DNA of 64,000 nt. It comes from an uncultured candidate division Zixibacteria bacterium (GTDB lineage: Bacteria; Zixibacteria; MSB-5A5; UBA10806). A model generated the notes under the pieces. It had not been told where the DNA came from. It saw nothing but the letters and a program-made list of their open reading frames with translations, and made no database searches. Numbering within the stretch: the first letter of the stretch is position 1; each line of letters opens with the position of its first letter. The position numbers and the translations under genes are program-made. Where the stretch lies: the NCBI GenBank assembly GCA_963801605.1, contig CAWDFP010000002.1, positions 2,463-66,462 on the forward strand. Direction: 5' to 3'. Positions 17,672-27,528 of the stretch are shown piece by piece.

Positions 17672-19288
17672 ATGTGCAGGTCAGCGTTAAGCGCGTCAAT
17701 TATTAAAATAATCGGTTTTTTACTGTTTATCATATTTATTTTTCAGGGTGCTTGCCCTGAAATTTTCGCTCAGCAAATTTCGCCTCCGATATTGGTAGCC
17801 TCTCCGCAAGTGGACGGTTCCACGCTGGGGATTCCCCGCTGGAAAGGATATATGTCCGAATCCGACCCCAATAGCTTCTGGCTGAGTTATGCGAACGCGA
17901 CCAGCGCGGGCGGCAATATCAGCTATACTACCGATGGCGGAACGACCTGGAACAGTAATGTTATCCAGATAGATCAAACCGGCTGGATGGATTACCATTT
18001 ATCTCTGTTTGGGAAAAATAATACACTCAACTATACCTGGCCGGGCGCCTCCAACGCGATTTGCTTTCGGAAATTTAACCCACCGGCTCACAGCAACAGT
18101 GATAGGGGTCCCACAATCTCTTTTTCGGGAACCAATAATACTTTCAGGTCAAATATATCAGTCCAGGATAATGGGCGAATATGGGTATTTACACGCGTAA
18201 CCGGTGATGCCAGTCAGAATGTCCGCTATCAATATTCAGATGATAACGGCAGTACCTGGGTACCGGGCCAGGCCGTCGCAACGGGATCGACGTCGATAAG
18301 AATCGGCTCGATGCCTTATGTAAATGGCAGCACGGCGTTAATAGTATTATATATGAGCAATAATCGCGGCTTTGAATACTATCTCTGGAACGGGACCTCA
18401 TTCGAGGCCAGAAACGATCACTCGATTTATCCCGTCAATATGAACGAGGAAAGAGCCTTTACCCATAATGTAGTGAATGATTCGTCACTGCACCTGATAT
18501 TCAGCATTGGAGTGAATCTACATCATTGCTGGAAATATTTTAATGGCGGCAATGGCGCCTGGAATCATGAGATAATAGACAACTGCCCCAACAATCTCGA
18601 AAATGAGTACTACCCAATATCCACTGTTCAGGGTGATAATCTCTACGTATTTTATTGCAAGAAGTCCGATGCATCATTTGCTTCATCAAAAATATACTAC
18701 AAGAAATGGTCGCAGAGCACCCAGACATGGACTCCGGCGGTTTTGGTTTCCGATGTCCTGCCGGGAAACAGAGATCCTAATACTTGTTTCAGAGTTCCGG
18801 CTCAGTCCAATTATATACCCGTGTTCTGGAATAATTATGACGGCAGTACGAGAAGGGTATATTTTTCGAAAATTATCAATCAAGTACAGCCGCGGGATAC
18901 CATACCTCCAGGCAGAATTATGGATTTGGGTGGAGTTCCCGGCGCTGTCGGGCAGATAAATCTAACCTGGACTGCGCCTGGCGATGATGGAAACCAGGGA
19001 GGGGAAGTCGTTGCCTATGAAATAAGATATTCCCAAAGCGGACTTAATGAATCGTCATGGGGGCAAGCGGAACTTTTTCCGTATCCTCCCGTCCCGCAAG
19101 CACCGGGAATAACTCAATACTGCGCTGTAACCGGACTTGAAGCCGGCTTTTCATATTACCTGGGCGTAAAAAGCTATGATGATGCGGGAAATATATCCGA
19201 TTTATCGAATATTGCCTTGTCATTTAGCGGAGGGAGAAGGCAGCGCGATGTGGTTCGATCATCGATATGGTCGCAGTTAATCAGATAA
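17672..19288 (+). CDS. Secreted BNR/Asp-box (sialidase-fold-like) protein with a C-terminal FN3-like module
   Basis: The likely start is ATG 17672, after GGGGGTGG. Signal peptide IIKIIGFLLFIIFIFQGACPEIFA. Asp-box motifs YTTDGGTTW and YSDDNGSTW. The FN3-like module LTWTAPGDDGNQGGEVVAYEIRYS...YYLGVKSYDDAGNISDLSN is shared with the upstream gene. There is no CTD. Confidence 0.8.
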   Translation: MCRSALSASIIKIIGFLLFIIFIFQGACPEIFAQQISPPILVASPQVDGSTLGIPRWKGYMSESDPNSFWLSYANATSAGGNISYTTDGGTTWNSNVIQIDQTGWMDYHLSLFGKNNTLNYTWPGASNAICFRKFNPPAHSNSDRGPTISFSGTNNTFRSNISVQDNGRIWVFTRVTGDASQNVRYQYSDDNGSTWVPGQAVATGSTSIRIGSMPYVNGSTALIVLYMSNNRGFEYYLWNGTSFEARNDHSIYPVNMNEERAFTHNVVNDSSLHLIFSIGVNLHHCWKYFNGGNGAWNHEIIDNCPNNLENEYYPISTVQGDNLYVFYCKKSDASFASSKIYYKKWSQSTQTWTPAVLVSDVLPGNRDPNTCFRVPAQSNYIPVFWNNYDGSTRRVYFSKIINQVQPRDTIPPGRIMDLGGVPGAVGQINLTWTAPGDDGNQGGEVVAYEIRYSQSGLNESSWGQAELFPYPPVPQAPGITQYCAVTGLEAGFSYYLGVKSYDDAGNISDLSNIALSFSGGRRQRDVVRSSIWSQLIR

Positions 19289-19541
19289 TACCGGCAATTA
19301 CACCCCCGTGAATAAATTTCATAGCCATAAAGTTGAGATCAGGGGTAACCCTGCCGAGTTTTTTTATGTCTGGCAAAACAGGAAATTTTACGTTATGTAA
19401 TAAGAAAGATCAGCGGCAGGCGCGCTATCTGGAAATACCGGTTATGGTTTTATCAAATCTTTGGCGACAAGAGGACCAATCGTCAGTATAATGAAAAAGG
19501 CAGTTCTTTAATTACGATACCATGTTTTCTATGTATTTGAA

Positions 19542-20945
19542 ATGAAAGAAAATCTCGAATTCCAAACATTCAATCGTGACATTGCCGGCGAAGGTTTTAT
19601 CAAGTCCCGGCATATTGCATACGCGCTGTTTATACTGGCTACAATCGTTCTGGCGGCGGCCTTAGCGTTATTCAATGATATTATAATTATAGCCCTGATC
19701 GGGGCGGTCATAGTCACCCTGGTAATATTTATATATCCATCGTTCGGGCTGGCGCTTTTTATATTACTGAGCTTTCTTCGCCCCAGCGACCTGATACCGT
19801 CTCTCGAAGGATTGCCCCTGGCGAAAGTTGTGGGAGGCGCAACTTTATTCGCGATAATTATCAAGTATATTCGAAACAGGAACTATGTTTTTAACTACAG
19901 GCAAACCTATCTTTTGGCGGCATTTACCGGAGTGTTATTTATATCGATACCTTTATCCGTATGGGCAAGCGAATCCAGCACCGTCGCATTGGATTTTGTC
20001 AAAATGCTTCTGTTTTTCCTTATATTTATTAATATATGCCGGGATTTAAAGATGTTTCGCGTCATGACGCTTATAGCGCTGGTGTGCGCTATCGTTTTGT
20101 GCATATCGACAATCCAATCATATTTTGGAGACGTGGAACGCGCCGGAGCGACGATCGGAGCCAAATTGTTCGGCGATGCCAATGATGCGGCTCTGCTATT
20201 CGTAACAATTCTGCCATTTTCGGCACTATGGATGAGCGGCAAGAAGTTTCGATTCGGCAAACTATTCTACGGCCTCAGCATGGTAATCTTAATAGCGGGA
20301 GTTATTCTGACTCAGTCTCGCGGCGGATTTTTGGGACTGCTGACGGTTCTGTTTGTTATGTATTTTCGAGGCAGAAATAAGTTAAAGGCCGTAATAAGTC
20401 TGGCGGTGATTGCCCTGGCAATTCAATTACTATTACCATCGAAAATTAGCGAACGTTATAGCACGATTGGGACTTATCAGGAAGATGCCTCTGCCATGGG
20501 ACGAATCGCAGCCTGGAAAGCAGGCGTAAAAATGATGGCTGCCAGGCCCCTGACGGGAGTTGGAATTGGCTGTTTTCGGGTAGCTTATGGAACTCAATTT
20601 GGCTCTGGGGGCCGATGGATGGCACCCCATAATACTTTTATCCAGGTTGGCGCTGAAACCGGATTAATAGGGCTGGCTATTTTTATACTTCTGCTGTCAA
20701 CATCAATTACTCAACTGAGACGAATAAAGAGTCCTGATCCTGACCATGAAGATGATGAAATATTTAAGATCCGAGACATGATTATTGCAAGCATCTTAGG
20801 TTTCATCATGTGCGCCTTTTTCCTAACTCAAGCGCTGAATTTTATGCTCTATTATTTGATTGCGGCGTCAGTAAGTATAAGCTATATATTTTCCAAATAC
20901 GAATTTTTCGTTGAGAAACAAAAGGAAAACTTGACTGATCTATGA
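19542..20945 (+). CDS. O-antigen ligase / Wzy-type polymerase family membrane protein
   Basis: 467 aa with at least 10 hydrophobic helices. It has the loop motif TQSRGGFLGL and a large periplasmic-type loop, typical of the Wzy_C/O-antigen ligase family. Confidence 0.8.
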   Translation: MKENLEFQTFNRDIAGEGFIKSRHIAYALFILATIVLAAALALFNDIIIIALIGAVIVTLVIFIYPSFGLALFILLSFLRPSDLIPSLEGLPLAKVVGGATLFAIIIKYIRNRNYVFNYRQTYLLAAFTGVLFISIPLSVWASESSTVALDFVKMLLFFLIFINICRDLKMFRVMTLIALVCAIVLCISTIQSYFGDVERAGATIGAKLFGDANDAALLFVTILPFSALWMSGKKFRFGKLFYGLSMVILIAGVILTQSRGGFLGLLTVLFVMYFRGRNKLKAVISLAVIALAIQLLLPSKISERYSTIGTYQEDASAMGRIAAWKAGVKMMAARPLTGVGIGCFRVAYGTQFGSGGRWMAPHNTFIQVGAETGLIGLAIFILLLSTSITQLRRIKSPDPDHEDDEIFKIRDMIIASILGFIMCAFFLTQALNFMLYYLIAASVSISYIFSKYEFFVEKQKENLTDL

Positions 20946-21036
20946 GTGTTCCTATTGAGGATATAACCGGCGTAATCGAAAATATGCGTTTTGCCGTAAA
21001 TATGGATGGTAGAATAATTACCGCAAAGGCACCGGC

Positions 21037-22215
21037 ATGATGATGACTATTCCACCGGTAGGAACCCGAATCAGTTGGAGCTCTATATTTTCCGGAGGCG
21101 ACAGTTCCGCCGTACCATTCGAAAAAGAACTAAAAGAATTATATAATTGTCAGGTCCGTTTGACCAATTCAGGCAAAGCCGCGATATATCTGCTCTTAAA
21201 AGCGGCTAAACTAATATATCCCCAAAAAACTGAAGTTATAATCCCCAATTATACATGCTGGTCGCTGCCATCGAGTATCGTTAAAGCCGGTTTGAAGGTG
21301 GCGATTGCGGATAATGATTTGGATACTTTCGGGATATTAAATTCATCTGTTATTAATGCAATTAGTCCCAGGACGTTGGCAGTGATTTGTCCTCACCTGT
21401 TTGGGATTCCGGGCAAAGTAAACGAACTCCAAACAATCTGCCGCGACAAAGATGTATTCCTCATTGACGATGCGGCCCAGGCGTTAGGGGCGTCGCTGGA
21501 TGATAGGCCTGTCGGTTCGTTCGGAGACGCCGGAATTCTTAGCTTTGGTAGAGGTAAGAATATCACTACCAATTCGGGCGGGGCGGCGCTTATCGGAAAC
21601 GATGAATTGAAGACCGCTGTGGAAGATATTTATAAATCCGAATTTACGCCGATGGGACAAAGCAAAACGAAAGATATAATCCAAATGACAGCTTATAAGC
21701 TGCTATTTCCGCGCTACCTTTATTGGATCCCGGATTCAATTCCGCAATTAAATATTGGTTCTACAATCTATAATCCGGAATTTAGTCTTCAGGGATTTTC
21801 GGAATATCGACAAGGATTGGGGTCGTCATTACTAAAAAACCTTAAAACAATTAATATTAATAGAAATAAAATAGCCTTCAGGTATCAGGAATTATTGCAG
21901 GAGGTTAAAGCCCTTAAGATTCCCGGTTGGCCGGATAGGGCAAAGCCCGCGTTCCTGAGATACCCAATTTTGCTCAAAAATCCGGATAAAAAGCGTCTGA
22001 TACTCGATAAAGGTCATAACCTGGGGATATCCGGTATGTATCCCGATACAATCAATAATATTCCGGCTCTTAAGAATATATTGATTAAGGATAGTTCTAA
22101 TTGTCCAAACTCGGAGCAAATATCCAAAAGATTGGTGACTCTTCCGACACATCATAGTGTAAAAGAAAAAGATATATTGAGGATTGTCGGATTAATAACT
22201 AAAATGGGCTGTTAA
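21037..22215 (+). CDS. DegT/DnrJ/EryC1/StrS family sugar aminotransferase
   Basis: TNSGKAAIYLLL, IDDAAQALGA and ILSFGRGKNIT (PLP-lysine context). 392 aa. Confidence 0.8.
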   Translation: MMMTIPPVGTRISWSSIFSGGDSSAVPFEKELKELYNCQVRLTNSGKAAIYLLLKAAKLIYPQKTEVIIPNYTCWSLPSSIVKAGLKVAIADNDLDTFGILNSSVINAISPRTLAVICPHLFGIPGKVNELQTICRDKDVFLIDDAAQALGASLDDRPVGSFGDAGILSFGRGKNITTNSGGAALIGNDELKTAVEDIYKSEFTPMGQSKTKDIIQMTAYKLLFPRYLYWIPDSIPQLNIGSTIYNPEFSLQGFSEYRQGLGSSLLKNLKTININRNKIAFRYQELLQEVKALKIPGWPDRAKPAFLRYPILLKNPDKKRLILDKGHNLGISGMYPDTINNIPALKNILIKDSSNCPNSEQISKRLVTLPTHHSVKEKDILRIVGLITKMGC

Positions 22216-22257
22216 TAATCATCTGATATTTTCGATAAATAATACAGGACGGGAAAT

Positions 22258-22830
22258 ATGCCAGAAATGATTCCAATAGTTGAGTATCGAAAGAGGCGAC
22301 CGAAAATGCAGTCGGTGCTGAATCCGCTTAATAAGATATTGAATAAACTGACGCGAGATTGGGCGTTTGGATGGCGTTTGAGGCTAAAATTATATCGAAT
22401 TATGGGCGTGCAGATCGCACAGGACGATCACGAGATATTTATAGGCCGCGAAAATTGGATAGACGATAATTTTCCGGAACTTGTCAGGTTTGATGAAGGA
22501 GTGGCGACTGGATGGCGGTGTGTGTTTCTGGTCCATAATGCCTGTATGATGCCGCCATCGGTGGGGCCCATTGTAATTGGGAAAAAGGCTATTCTGGGTG
22601 TCGGAGTAACCGTTATGCCGGGAGTAACGATAGGAGAGTATGCTCAGGTGGGAGCCTGCGCGCTAGTAACCAAGGACGTTGAACCGTATATGGTAGTGGC
22701 CGGTGTACCCGCGAAACCTATCAGGAAAATAAACGAAGACGAAATCGCGCTGCGTAATATTCCGGTTAAGGAATTAGGTGATTATCTAAAAAAGCGGCAA
22801 ATTTTAAACGAAGACGGAACGTTTCAATAA
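22258..22830 (+). CDS. Left-handed beta-helix (hexapeptide) sugar O-acetyltransferase
   Basis: Hexapeptide repeats IGKKAILGVGVTVMPGVTIGEYAQVGACALVTKDVEPYMVVAGVPAK. Confidence 0.8.
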   Translation: MPEMIPIVEYRKRRPKMQSVLNPLNKILNKLTRDWAFGWRLRLKLYRIMGVQIAQDDHEIFIGRENWIDDNFPELVRFDEGVATGWRCVFLVHNACMMPPSVGPIVIGKKAILGVGVTVMPGVTIGEYAQVGACALVTKDVEPYMVVAGVPAKPIRKINEDEIALRNIPVKELGDYLKKRQILNEDGTFQ

Positions 22831-22888
22831 ATCGAATATTTTGAATAATTCAATCACTCGATCTCGCGATGTATAAGAGGCTTTTTCG

Positions 22889-24103
22889 ATGAAGATTCTG
22901 TTCATTACTTTTTTCGTTCCATATCCGCCTACCGCCGGCCACACTCAGAGAGACTTCAATATTATCCGTCAACTGGCCAAAGATAATGAAATATTTCTCC
23001 TTTGTTTTAATCAAAAAATACTGATTCCCAATAAGGCCGAGCTTGATAATTCAATTAAGCATCTTAGCCAATACTGCTCCTATATAAAAGTTTTCAAAAT
23101 ACCCACAGATTATAGCGCTTTAAAGTGGTATTCATATCTGTTTTTCAACCTGTTTACGATAACGCCCTTCACTGTCTGGAAATTTGGCTCCAAAGAATTA
23201 CGACGGGAATTAAAGGCGCTTCGGGCCAACAACTGTTTTGATCTTGTTCACATAGATACCGTCGAACTGGCGGGATATGCGAAATTGCTCGAAAATACGC
23301 CGAAGTTATTGAATCATCATAATGTTGAATCCAGATTGATATTCAGAAGAGGCGCCAACGCCGCCAATCCGCTGGCAAAATTATATCTTTATCTTCAAGG
23401 ATTAAAGCTTCAGCTGTTCGAAAAAAGAATGCTCGATAAATTCGATATGAATGCCTGCGTTTCGGAAAACGACCAGGAATACCTTGCCGGCATTTCACCA
23501 AAAGCCAGGTTTACGCAGGTGCCTAATGGCACCGATATTGATTATTTCAAGCCGTCCGGCGAAAAGTTGCAGCAGAGTCTCGTCTTTGCGGGAAGCATGA
23601 GCTGGTATCCAAACGGCGATGCGATGATATATTTTTGCAGCGAGGTATTGCCCCTTATAAAAAAGGAATTTCCCGATATACGATGCGATATCATTGGCAG
23701 TCATCCGCCGTCACGGTTACAAACGTTGGCGGCCAGAGATAAATCGATTCAGCTTCATGGTTATGTCGATGACGTCAGAAAATATATTGCGAAAGCATCG
23801 GTTTATATCGTGCCAATCCGGGTTGGCGGGGGGACAAGATTAAAAATACTCGACGCTTTTGCGTCGGGAAAAGCGGTTGTTTCCACATCGATCGGCTGCG
23901 AAGGATTGGCGGTCACCAACGGCGAGAATATAATCATTGCGGATAAACCGGACGAATTCGCCAAGCAAGTTATGGAGTTATTGAAAAATGAGACGTTACG
24001 AAAGAAATTAGAAATCAACGGTCGAAAGTTAGTTGAAAAGCAATATTCGTGGGAAATAATTGTTAATAAATTAAATCATATTTACAGGCATCTGCGGGCA
24101 TAA
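22889..24103 (+). CDS. Glycosyltransferase family 4 (GT-B)
   Basis: MKILFITFFVPYPPTAGHTQR N-terminus. The C-terminal half has GGGTRLKILDAFASGKAVVSTSIGCEGL (E-x7-E-type region). Confidence 0.85.
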   Translation: MKILFITFFVPYPPTAGHTQRDFNIIRQLAKDNEIFLLCFNQKILIPNKAELDNSIKHLSQYCSYIKVFKIPTDYSALKWYSYLFFNLFTITPFTVWKFGSKELRRELKALRANNCFDLVHIDTVELAGYAKLLENTPKLLNHHNVESRLIFRRGANAANPLAKLYLYLQGLKLQLFEKRMLDKFDMNACVSENDQEYLAGISPKARFTQVPNGTDIDYFKPSGEKLQQSLVFAGSMSWYPNGDAMIYFCSEVLPLIKKEFPDIRCDIIGSHPPSRLQTLAARDKSIQLHGYVDDVRKYIAKASVYIVPIRVGGGTRLKILDAFASGKAVVSTSIGCEGLAVTNGENIIIADKPDEFAKQVMELLKNETLRKKLEINGRKLVEKQYSWEIIVNKLNHIYRHLRA

Positions 24104-24154
24104 ATTACGGCGCCTGGGGTATAAATATTTATTGGGAATAGAAGTCTGGTAGAT

Positions 24155-25336
24155 TTGGGATCTGAAAAACAAGAGCCGACGGATAAGGGTAAGGGTATCA
24201 CCAATTTGCCGTCGTCAAAAATAGTGGTGATGCATCTTATCGCCGCGATGGATATAGGCGGCGCCGAAAAGGTTGTTTTGAATCTCGTATCCCAAAAAAA
24301 TAGTTCAAATTATGATATCAGAGTTGCCGGATTTGTGCGGGCATCCGATGGTTCCGGCAATGAATTCCTGAAGGCCGTGACAGAATTGGGCGCGGTTATC
24401 GACAAGATTCCGATCTATAAACGTTTCGATCCTGGCGATATTTGGAAATTAATCAGGATTATAAAATGTCATAATGTCACGATACTTCATACCCATGGTT
24501 ATAAATCGGATATTGTAGGCGTCATTGCCGCAAAAATAACCGGGATAAGGGTGGTTGCCACGGCGCACGGATTTGTCAGCGTAGATTCCAAGCTTAGATT
24601 TAATGAAAAGCTAGGAATATATTTTCTGAGGTTCGCAAAGCGGGTTATATGCGTTTCCGAAAATATCCGGAGCAGGCTAATTGCCTCGGGCTTAAAAAGC
24701 GATAAGTTGATAATTATCCCCAATGCAGTGGATTTTGGGGGATTTGAGAAATCATCACAACGAGATTTTAGAAAGGAATGGAATGTAAGCCCGGAGGAGG
24801 TATTAATTGGTTCCGCAGGGCGGTTTTCACCGGAAAAGGGACATGTAAATTTGGTTAAGGCCGTTTCCAACTTTCCCGAAAATATGAAAAAACGGATCAA
24901 GATCGTGATTGCCGGTGATGGGCCGCAGAAAACGGCAATCGCCAATGAGGCCCAGGTCGCCGGACTACATGAAAGGCTGATTCTTCCCGGTTTCGTTGAC
25001 GATATGAATTCATTTTACAAATCTCTCGATATCTTTTGCCTGCCATCGCTAACCGAGGGATTACCGCTGACAGTTTTGGAAGCGGCAGCATCGGAAAAGC
25101 CGATTGTAGCATCCGATGTGGGTTCAATCGGGAAATTAATACAGGACGGTGATGACGGCTTGATTGTTCCGCCGGGTGATATCGATAAGCTTTCGACCGC
25201 GCTGGCGATGTTAGTTGAATCGAAGCAGTTAAGGCAGGATTATGGCTGCAAGTTAAAAGCGAAACTTCGTAAATCGTATGATATAAAGGATTGGGCAAAC
25301 AGTATTTTCAATATATATAAAGAGGCATTGGAATAA
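24155..25336 (+). CDS. Glycosyltransferase family 4 (GT-B)
   Basis: MDIGGAEKVV and PSLTEGLPLTVLEAAASEKPIVASDVG. The true start is probably at the GTG/ATG at 24224-24230 rather than the TTG at 24155. Confidence 0.85.
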   Translation: MGSEKQEPTDKGKGITNLPSSKIVVMHLIAAMDIGGAEKVVLNLVSQKNSSNYDIRVAGFVRASDGSGNEFLKAVTELGAVIDKIPIYKRFDPGDIWKLIRIIKCHNVTILHTHGYKSDIVGVIAAKITGIRVVATAHGFVSVDSKLRFNEKLGIYFLRFAKRVICVSENIRSRLIASGLKSDKLIIIPNAVDFGGFEKSSQRDFRKEWNVSPEEVLIGSAGRFSPEKGHVNLVKAVSNFPENMKKRIKIVIAGDGPQKTAIANEAQVAGLHERLILPGFVDDMNSFYKSLDIFCLPSLTEGLPLTVLEAAASEKPIVASDVGSIGKLIQDGDDGLIVPPGDIDKLSTALAMLVESKQLRQDYGCKLKAKLRKSYDIKDWANSIFNIYKEALE

Positions 25337-25367
25337 ACCGGGTATTCTCGAATTCTAAAATAATTAT

Positions 25368-25742
25368 ATGATACTACTGATTCTATTTTGGATGGCATTG
25401 GGTCTTATATTCTGGACTTATTTTGGCTATTTTGCATTTCTGGTCGTATTAAGCCGGTTGCGCTCCAAAAAGACCGTCAAAAAGGAATATCGTCCTTTAG
25501 TAAGTATCGTGATAACCGCCTATAACGAGGAAAATAATATTAAAAATAAGATCGAAAATTGTCTGGCGCTGGATTACTCAAAGGATATGCTGGAAATTAT
25601 TGTAGTGTCCGACGGTTCGTCTGATAAAACCGGAGATATCGTTCGATCCTTCGATGAGGGCAAAGTTCGGCTTTTAGAAGTTCCGGTAAGAAGGGGTAAG
25701 GATTATTGCCAGGGGCCAGGGAACAGCCTTAGCCAACGGTGA
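25368..25742 (+). pseudogene. Glycosyltransferase family 2, fragment 1 of 3; the whole gene spans 25368-26507 and is broken by two homopolymer frameshifts
   Basis: N-terminal TM helix, VSIVITAYNEE, VVSDGSSD and RRGK. The frame is lost in GGGG at 25712-25715. Removing one G gives RRGKDYCQGQGTALANGDIIVYTDV. Confidence 0.8.
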
Positions 25743-25782
25743 TATTATCGTTTATACCGATGTTACAACCAGGCTCGATCGC

Positions 25783-26361
25783 ATGGCCGTTCGCGAAATT
25801 GCTGATAATTTCGCCGATCCGCAAATTGGCTGCGTTTCGGGATACGATCAAGTGGAGGATTCATCGGCGGGCGGCGCCGGAGAGGGCGCTTATGTACGGT
25901 ATGAGATGGCTCTAAGGGATATGGAAAGCTCAGTTAATACGCTGGTGGTTGTCAGCGGCTGTTTTTTTGCAATTAGAAAGAAGCTCTGCCAGAATTGGCA
26001 TCCCGATCTTACCAGCGATTTCTATCTTCCAATAATCAGCTATATGAAGGGATATCGCGCGATAATCGACAAAAAGGCGATTGCGTCTTACAACGTTATT
26101 GACGACCCTCAAAAGGAGTTTCAACGCAAGGTCAGGACTGTCGTCAATGGCCTTTCCGTGTTGTTCAGATTTGCCGGGTCGATGAATATATTTCGCTATG
26201 GACTGTTTTCAATGCAGATAATCAGCCATAAGCTGATCAGATGGTTGGTTCCGTTTCTAATGCTGATAGCGCTAATTACAAATATGTTTATTATTAAATT
26301 TCGGGACAGTTCTATCTGGCGGTTATTATTTTACAGGCTATATTTTATATATGCGCTTTAA
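25783..26361 (+). pseudogene. Glycosyltransferase family 2, fragment 2 of 3; the C-terminal fragment continues in another frame to the TAA at 26505-26507
   Basis: FADPQIGCVSG...VSGCFFAIRK, the GT2 catalytic core. After a second break near TTT 26299-26301, the frame reading SGQFYLAVIILQAIFYICALSAYLLKPL...WIRYFAGEKHTIWEPTKR gives the expected C-terminus. Confidence 0.8.
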
Positions 26362-26518
26362 GCGCTTATTTATTAAAACCTTTAAGAAGCATGGTAATAT
26401 TTAAGATTCCGCTGTTTTTCAGCCTCGTTAACCTCTCGATCCTGGTGGCCTGGATACGTTATTTCGCCGGGGAAAAACATACTATCTGGGAACCAACCAA
26501 ACGGTAAAAGGGAGTATT

Positions 26519-27334
26519 TTGGGAAACAGGCTTTTTACTATTTCAAAATCAATACTCTCCGGACTATTCTTTCGGCCCCGGTATGTACAGCCAACCTGGC
26601 CTGACGGGCACTCATTTGCTTTTACCGTTATTGACGACACGGACCAGGCGACGGTTGAAAATATCAAGCCGATTTATGATTATCTTTGTAAGATAGGACT
26701 CAAGACGACCAAGACCGTATGGGTTCTACCCACCAATAATCCTGAGCATCTGCCTAATCAAGGTATGACGCTGCAAGACACATTCTACAGGGAATTCGTT
26801 TTGAATCTTAAATCGAATGGTTTTGAGATTGCATTGCATGGGGCGCGAGGGGGAAGCAGCAAGAGAAATGAGATATTGCAGGCGATTGAAACATATAAAG
26901 AAATTATAGGTGAATATCCGCGAATTCATATAAATCATTCAGCGAATAAAGATAACCTGTATTGGGGAATCCATAAGCTCAACTTTTCACCCATCAAGAT
27001 GCTCTACAAGCTCCAGCAGCACGAAAGCGAATTTGAGGGACAATTGGAAGGCTCGGAGTATTTTTGGGGCGATATTGCGCAAAAGCATATTACTTATGTC
27101 GTTAATTTCAGCTTTTTCGAGACTAATATATTAAAGGTGTATTCCGGGTTTCCTTATCATGATAATAAGCGGCCGTATGTGAATCACTGGTTTCATTCAT
27201 CCGATGGCGGCAACGTTAATTCATTCCTAGAGCTATTAAGCACGAAGAATCTGGACCGTCTGGAAAAGGAAGAAGGGCCTGTGTATCGTTTATACTCATT
27301 TTGGCAAGGGATTTTGTCAAAAATGGGGAAATAA
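26519..27334 (+). pseudogene. Polysaccharide-deacetylase-like / uncharacterised EPS-locus protein, fragment 1; the gene spans 26519-27510 and is broken by two +1 insertions
   Basis: WPDGHSFAFTVIDDTDQAT and EIALHGARGG. The frame is lost at GGG 27275-27277. Confidence 0.65.
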
Positions 27335-27510
27335 TCAGCGCGATCAGGGATCGTCTGGATGATGTCGCCTCCAGAAATGGCTGGTTTGTTCCCGCGAGCG
27401 AAATATTGGGCTATCTTCAAAAGCAAAATGACGCTACAATAGGAAATTGGGATAAAGCCTATCTCGATTTGCGATGGGCGTTGGAAAAAATCTTTTATGG
27501 CGCATCGTAA
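27301..27510 (+). pseudogene. C-terminal fragment of the 26519-27510 gene
   Basis: Removing one G (27275-27277) and one T (27312-27315) joins three frames into EKEEGLCIVYTHFGKGFVKNGEIISAIRDRLDDVASRNGWFVPASEILGYL. Confidence 0.65.
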
Positions 27511-27528
27511 TAAGGAAAACAAAGCGCT

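Noticed and set aside
7982-19288. Genomic island or prophage integrated at tRNA-Glu
   Set aside because: There are no integrase, transposase or phage genes and no att-like repeat of the tRNA 3' end within the window. The same holds for tRNA-Gln at 57531-57602.
19289-19541. Search for a frameshifted T9SS C-terminal domain after the BNR/FN3 protein
   Set aside because: I translated all three forward frames. None shows the N-P-F ... S-G-V-Y ... K-[IL]-x-[IL]-x-[KR] CTD pattern. The region appears non-coding.
20942-21040. 32-codon ORF (MSVPIEDITGVIENMRFAVNMDGRIITAKAPA) with ATGA-type overlaps to both the Wzy-like and the DegT genes
   Set aside because: The tidy coupling is suggestive, but it has no recognisable motif. 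The DegT N-terminus is already complete, so it is not a lost exon. It cannot be supported without conservation data.
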